A DNA stretch of 53,978 nt. Origin: Alphaproteobacteria bacterium. Lineage in GTDB: Bacteria > Pseudomonadota > Alphaproteobacteria > UBA8366 > GCA-2717185. Shown here in pieces: positions 50,415 through 53,978 of the stretch. Below the pieces are notes generated by a model, which worked only from the letters and a program-made list of their open reading frames with translations, did not search any database and was not told the origin of the DNA. The position numbers and the translations under genes were made by a program. The stretch covers positions 1 through 53,978 of the forward strand of contig JAKZTB010000182.1 of the NCBI GenBank assembly GCA_047517345.1, in the 5' to 3' direction. Each line of letters starts with the position of its first letter. Within the stretch, counting starts at the first letter, position 1.

Positions 50415-50618
50415 ATGTTCGAGTTCGGGGGCGAGTACGAACCGCTGATCAATTTCGTCTTTTTGATCGTGACCGCCGGCGTCGCGTGGCATGGCATCCG
50501 TTTTCGCGACGCCGAAGGCGATACCGAATTTATGCATTTGCTGTTTGGCTGTATTGCCGCGGTCTTCTTTTTCCTGGTCCTGTTTCAGGACGTCTTGGGC
50601 GTCGTTAAATTCGGTTAA
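50415..50618 (+). CDS. Small hypothetical two-TM membrane protein
   Basis: 67 aa with two hydrophobic helices (LINFVFLIVTAGVAW and LLFGCIAAVFFFLVLF). It lies after a lower-GC intergenic region. Confidence 0.35.
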   Translation: MFEFGGEYEPLINFVFLIVTAGVAWHGIRFRDAEGDTEFMHLLFGCIAAVFFFLVLFQDVLGVVKFG

Positions 50619-50623
50619 CCGCT

Positions 50624-51235
50624 CTATGGTTTGCGCATGCGTTGCTTATCGTCGATTTTGGGGACGCGCATCAACCGTTGGTCCGGCGGCAATTTGAGTT
50701 GTCCCTGTAGGTAGACCGCGCGTTTGCGGACCGAAGAAGGGTCGGGGATGCCGTACAGGACCTGATGGATCAACCCCGGCTCGTCGATCGCGCCTTCGTC
50801 GGTGCGCAGCGCCTCGATATAGTCGGCAAACGCCTTTTCATACTTGCCCGTACGATCGAAAACGATGCCGCGGTTGGCGAACGCCGCGGCCAGCACGCCG
50901 CGGCCGGTGGCGTCCTCCGCGATTAGCGTTCGGTTCAGAAAGTCGATCAGATAACTTAGCTCGGCAATAGCGTCGTCATACCGTTCCGTCTGAATGAACA
51001 CCAGCGCGCGGCCCATCAGCGCGCCGCGATGGTCGGGCTGCTCTGCGAGCGCCTTGGCGAAGTAATCGAGCGACAGCTCGAATTGGCCGTCCTCGAGCCG
51101 CTGCACGCCGAGTTCGGTTTCCATGTCGCCGGGCGCGCGCGCGTCGAAGGACTCGAACGCTTGCGACACCAGGACCACGACGACGATCAGCGCGATCATC
51201 AGCAAAATAAAACGCCGAATCACGGCGGCGGTCAT
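50624..51235 (-). CDS. Membrane-anchored TPR protein
   Basis: ATG 51235 with N-terminal TM helix (FILLMIALIVVVVLV). Followed by TPR-like units (LSLDYFAKALAEQPDHRGALMGRALVF..., YDDAIAEL and KAFADYIEALR). Confidence 0.7.
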   Translation of the reverse strand: MTAAVIRRFILLMIALIVVVVLVSQAFESFDARAPGDMETELGVQRLEDGQFELSLDYFAKALAEQPDHRGALMGRALVFIQTERYDDAIAELSYLIDFLNRTLIAEDATGRGVLAAAFANRGIVFDRTGKYEKAFADYIEALRTDEGAIDEPGLIHQVLYGIPDPSSVRKRAVYLQGQLKLPPDQRLMRVPKIDDKQRMRKP

Positions 51236-51471
51236 GCCGGCCCATCGAACAAGGTGGCGGTATAGAAAACGGAGAAAACGAAGCAGAGCAGCGCCGCGGT
51301 GACGGCGGCGCGTCGGCGCAGGCGTTGCTTCTCCGCCTCGCCGATTTCCGCCCGCCGTTCGGCGCGGCGCACCAACAAGATCCAGATCAGGCGCCGGACC
51401 GGCAAAAACAACGCCAACGCCAGGATAGCGGTCCACAAATATTGAAAATCAGCACTAAAGATATTCGCCAC
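51232..51471 (-). CDS. Small two-TM membrane protein, translationally coupled to the TPR gene
   Basis: GTG 51471. 79 aa with two hydrophobic helices separated by an Arg-rich loop. Its TGA overlaps the ATG of the downstream TPR gene (ATGA). A possible extended -10 element, TGATAGAAT, lies upstream on the minus strand. Confidence 0.45.
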   Translation of the reverse strand: MANIFSADFQYLWTAILALALFLPVRRLIWILLVRRAERRAEIGEAEKQRLRRRAAVTAALLCFVFSVFYTATLFDGPA

Positions 51472-51533
51472 AAACTGTCTCGCAATCCCTGACCGAGTCG
51501 AAATTCGATTCTATCAAATGTCGCGCGAGAAGC

Positions 51534-51566
51534 CGAAAAAAACGGGGGGAAGCAGCGCTTCCCCCC
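51534..51566 (-). terminator. Rho-independent terminator after the SSS transporter gene
   Basis: On the minus strand, GGGGGGAAGC-GCT-GCTTCCCCCC (perfect 10-bp stem at 51544-51566) is followed by GTTTTTTTC. It starts 22 nt after the transporter stop. Confidence 0.8.
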
Positions 51567-51588
51567 GAAAAATTCAACAGCAGTACCG

Positions 51589-53583
51589 TTAGTCTGCGGC
51601 ACCCGATACGGCTTCATCGCCGATATCGTCGACCAAGGCCTCGACTTCGATGTCGGGAACGGTCGACATCTCCATCTTGTAGGCCAGGAACCACATCATG
51701 AAGACTCCGAGTATCCAGAACAGAATCTGCCATGCCCAGATCGACGGAATTCCGAAGGTCCAGCCTTCGACGCCCGCATTGGGCTCGCCGAAGATGTAGT
51801 TGCCAAGAACGGCGCCCGGGCCGATGCCGAAGAACATCCACGCCAAGGTGATGGCCCATGCAACCGGCACGAGGCCCTTCTTCTCCGGCGGCAGGCTGGC
51901 ATGTTGGCGCAGGAAGTCGTGGTACTTCATCCTGTGCTCACGCGCACCGGCATCCTGCGTCATCGCCGACACCGGCAGGCAGACCAGAAGGTTGAAGAAC
52001 ATGCCCCAGCCGGCGCTGTGGATCGTCCAGGGCCAGCGGCCCCAAGCGAGGTCGGCGTACTTGCCGTCACCGTTGTAGAACAGCGTGTCCAGGATCGACA
52101 GGCCGAAATTCTCGGTGAAGATCACCGCAATCAACCCGACCGCGAGACCAAGCGTCGCGCCCTGCCGCGTAATCCACGGGAACCAGGTCACCGCGGCCAA
52201 AGAAGGCCACATCTGAAACCCGAAAGCGACTGCGAGTCCGCCCAGCAGGACCAAGGCGTCACGACTAAAGGTTGCCACCGTAAGGGCCGCGAACACGATA
52301 ACCGCCACGCCAATCCGCCCGAACAGCTTCTGAGTCCCGTGATCCGCTCCTGGGTTCAGGTAGCGCTTGTACAGGTCACGGGTCAGCATGGCTCCGGCGG
52401 TCGACATATATGCCGCGCCGGTCGACTGCATCGCCGCCAACGCGCAGACCGCAAGCAACCCAACGAGCCACGGTGTCGTTTCGCCGATCGAGTTGAAATA
52501 GTGCGGCACCAGACCGGCCTGCTTGTTCGCGGTGAGGTCGGGAAGGACCGCCGCCAATGCAAATCCGGCGTCGGTAACCCCTTGGTTGGCGCCCAACAGA
52601 TGCGCGCCCATACCTTGGAACGCCGTGAAGAAGAACAGGATCAACCCGATGCAGAACGACGATGCGATGACCTGCTGCGGTGCGAACGGCCGCGGATCCG
52701 TGTTCGAGAACGCCCACATCGAGAACGCCGGAGCGGAATGAATCCCCATCAGCGCAAACATGTAGGTCAGGCACATCACACCGGTCCACAACCCGCCGAC
52801 CGGTGTTTCCACGCCCAGGCCCGCGGTAAACTGAATCACCCCCGGTATGGCGAAGTAGGCGTTATAGTCACCGCCGCCCCAGCCTTTCGTGGTGCCCCAT
52901 TTGCCGATATCCGACGCCGCGAACTTGGCGAATCCCGCGTTGAGCGATTCCCAACCGCCGGCCGCGTTCAACGCGATGAAGCCGGTAATGATGATGCCCA
53001 GCGCGAGCAGGACGCATTGCACCGTGTCCACATAGGCCACGGCGCGAAGGCCGCCCGAAGCCACGTAAATGAACACGATCAGCGACAACACCCACATGCC
53101 GACATTGACCGAGATCATGTCGTCGGTCAGCACGTTGAACAGGAAGCCCGACGCACCGAGCTGCACGCCCAGATACGGGATCGAGAACAGCAGCGCGACA
53201 ATAACCGTCAGGATTCGAATCGCGTCGCCCTGGAAATAATCCGAGAGCATTTCGCCAGGCGTTACGTAACCGAACCGTTTACCCAGCATCCATTGCCGTT
53301 TCAGGAACATCACCCCGGTAAAGGGGATCGTTATCGTGTAGAACGACGCATAGGCGTATTGGAATCCGTCCCGATAGACGAGGCCTGGATGGCCCATAAA
53401 CGTCCAACCGGAAAACGATGTCGCCGTTGCGGCGAGAATAAAGACAATCATCGATAATCGGCGGCCGGCAATAAAATAGTCGGACGCCGTTTTAGCCGTC
53501 ATCGCACCGCGGATACCCCAATAAATGCAGTATGCCCAATAAAGCGCGACGAAGCCGAAAAGCCACATCACTTTTGCAGACAA
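51589..53583 (-). CDS. Sodium:solute symporter (SSS) family transporter
   Basis: More than 12 TM helices. The N-terminal YFIAGRRLS motif and GGLRAVAYVDTVQ are typical of SSS transporters. The start is TTG 53583 (6 nt after GGGAGGAA) or ATG 53568. Confidence 0.9.
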   Translation of the reverse strand: MSAKVMWLFGFVALYWAYCIYWGIRGAMTAKTASDYFIAGRRLSMIVFILAATATSFSGWTFMGHPGLVYRDGFQYAYASFYTITIPFTGVMFLKRQWMLGKRFGYVTPGEMLSDYFQGDAIRILTVIVALLFSIPYLGVQLGASGFLFNVLTDDMISVNVGMWVLSLIVFIYVASGGLRAVAYVDTVQCVLLALGIIITGFIALNAAGGWESLNAGFAKFAASDIGKWGTTKGWGGGDYNAYFAIPGVIQFTAGLGVETPVGGLWTGVMCLTYMFALMGIHSAPAFSMWAFSNTDPRPFAPQQVIASSFCIGLILFFFTAFQGMGAHLLGANQGVTDAGFALAAVLPDLTANKQAGLVPHYFNSIGETTPWLVGLLAVCALAAMQSTGAAYMSTAGAMLTRDLYKRYLNPGADHGTQKLFGRIGVAVIVFAALTVATFSRDALVLLGGLAVAFGFQMWPSLAAVTWFPWITRQGATLGLAVGLIAVIFTENFGLSILDTLFYNGDGKYADLAWGRWPWTIHSAGWGMFFNLLVCLPVSAMTQDAGAREHRMKYHDFLRQHASLPPEKKGLVPVAWAITLAWMFFGIGPGAVLGNYIFGEPNAGVEGWTFGIPSIWAWQILFWILGVFMMWFLAYKMEMSTVPDIEVEALVDDIGDEAVSGAAD

Positions 53584-53978
53584 GGCTAATTCCTCCCAGT
53601 TAGCGCAGCACCGACGACCCATCAACCGAGAAGCCGGACGCCGCTCTTTCGCAACAGGTCCTTTTCTATCGATTGACAGCCGTCTCTTGCGACTCGCATT
53701 GCGGCCTTGTAAATGCCGATCGAAGCAAAGAACCCTAGTTTCCCAATGTGGGTGGTTATCAAAGATTGGTAAACTTTGCAAGCAGAACAGGGGTTGCTTC
53801 AGGAACAATTTTTTGTCCGGGCTGAAGGTGCGAGATGGGGGAGCGCGCACCTGCTGAAGGTGATTTGGGTCGTTTCCAAGCTTGGCTTGACGACGTCATG
53901 AGAGCCGCCTGACTCCGCCGAGCGGCGTTTTCTGGCACGGCGGGCACGACAGTCCGACCGCGCCGCTCGACGGCGCGT

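Overview
High-GC (about 60-65% by eye) chromosomal segment that looks alphaproteobacterial, possibly Rhodospirillales-like. Supporting signs: a permuted two-piece tmRNA, a RibH2-type lumazine synthase, uvrC-pgsA-moaD-moaE synteny and a CtrA-type box. About 50 genes are called, mostly housekeeping:
- a GldF/GldG-like ABC-2 module
- msrP and an EF-G paralog
- aminotransferases (AspAT-type, ilvE)
- a PrpD-family protein and a MetF-like reductase
- a LysR / CoA-transferase / CitE-like lyase unit
- uvrB and uvrC
- pgsA-mobB-moeA-moaD-moaE
- a MarR / OmpR / histidine kinase set
- thyA-folA, ssrA plus sspB, and class I fumarase
- an SSS transporter

I saw no rRNA, tRNA, CRISPR array, IS element, integrase or recognisable defence system.

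Most notable observations:
1. An orphan gene encodes a CheW domain fused through a low-complexity linker to a group I truncated haemoglobin domain.
2. A SufR-like Cys-rich regulator is divergent from a Rieske-domain fusion protein, with a duplicated 16-bp palindrome between them.
3. A 555-bp AT-rich intergenic region upstream of uvrC carries a perfect CtrA box, DnaA boxes and a perfect 19-bp-stem hairpin.
4. A roughly 1.3-kb low-GC islet holds two orphan genes.
5. Three conserved genes (panE-like, SulP, rhodanese) are each broken by a small indel at a short homopolymer, and a fourth gene has its signal peptide out of frame. This suggests assembly indel errors or recent pseudogenisation.

Most long ORFs antisense to the called genes are Arg/Gly/Pro-rich shadow ORFs typical of high-GC DNA and were ignored. 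All family assignments rest on reading the translations and recalling family motifs. No database search was run.
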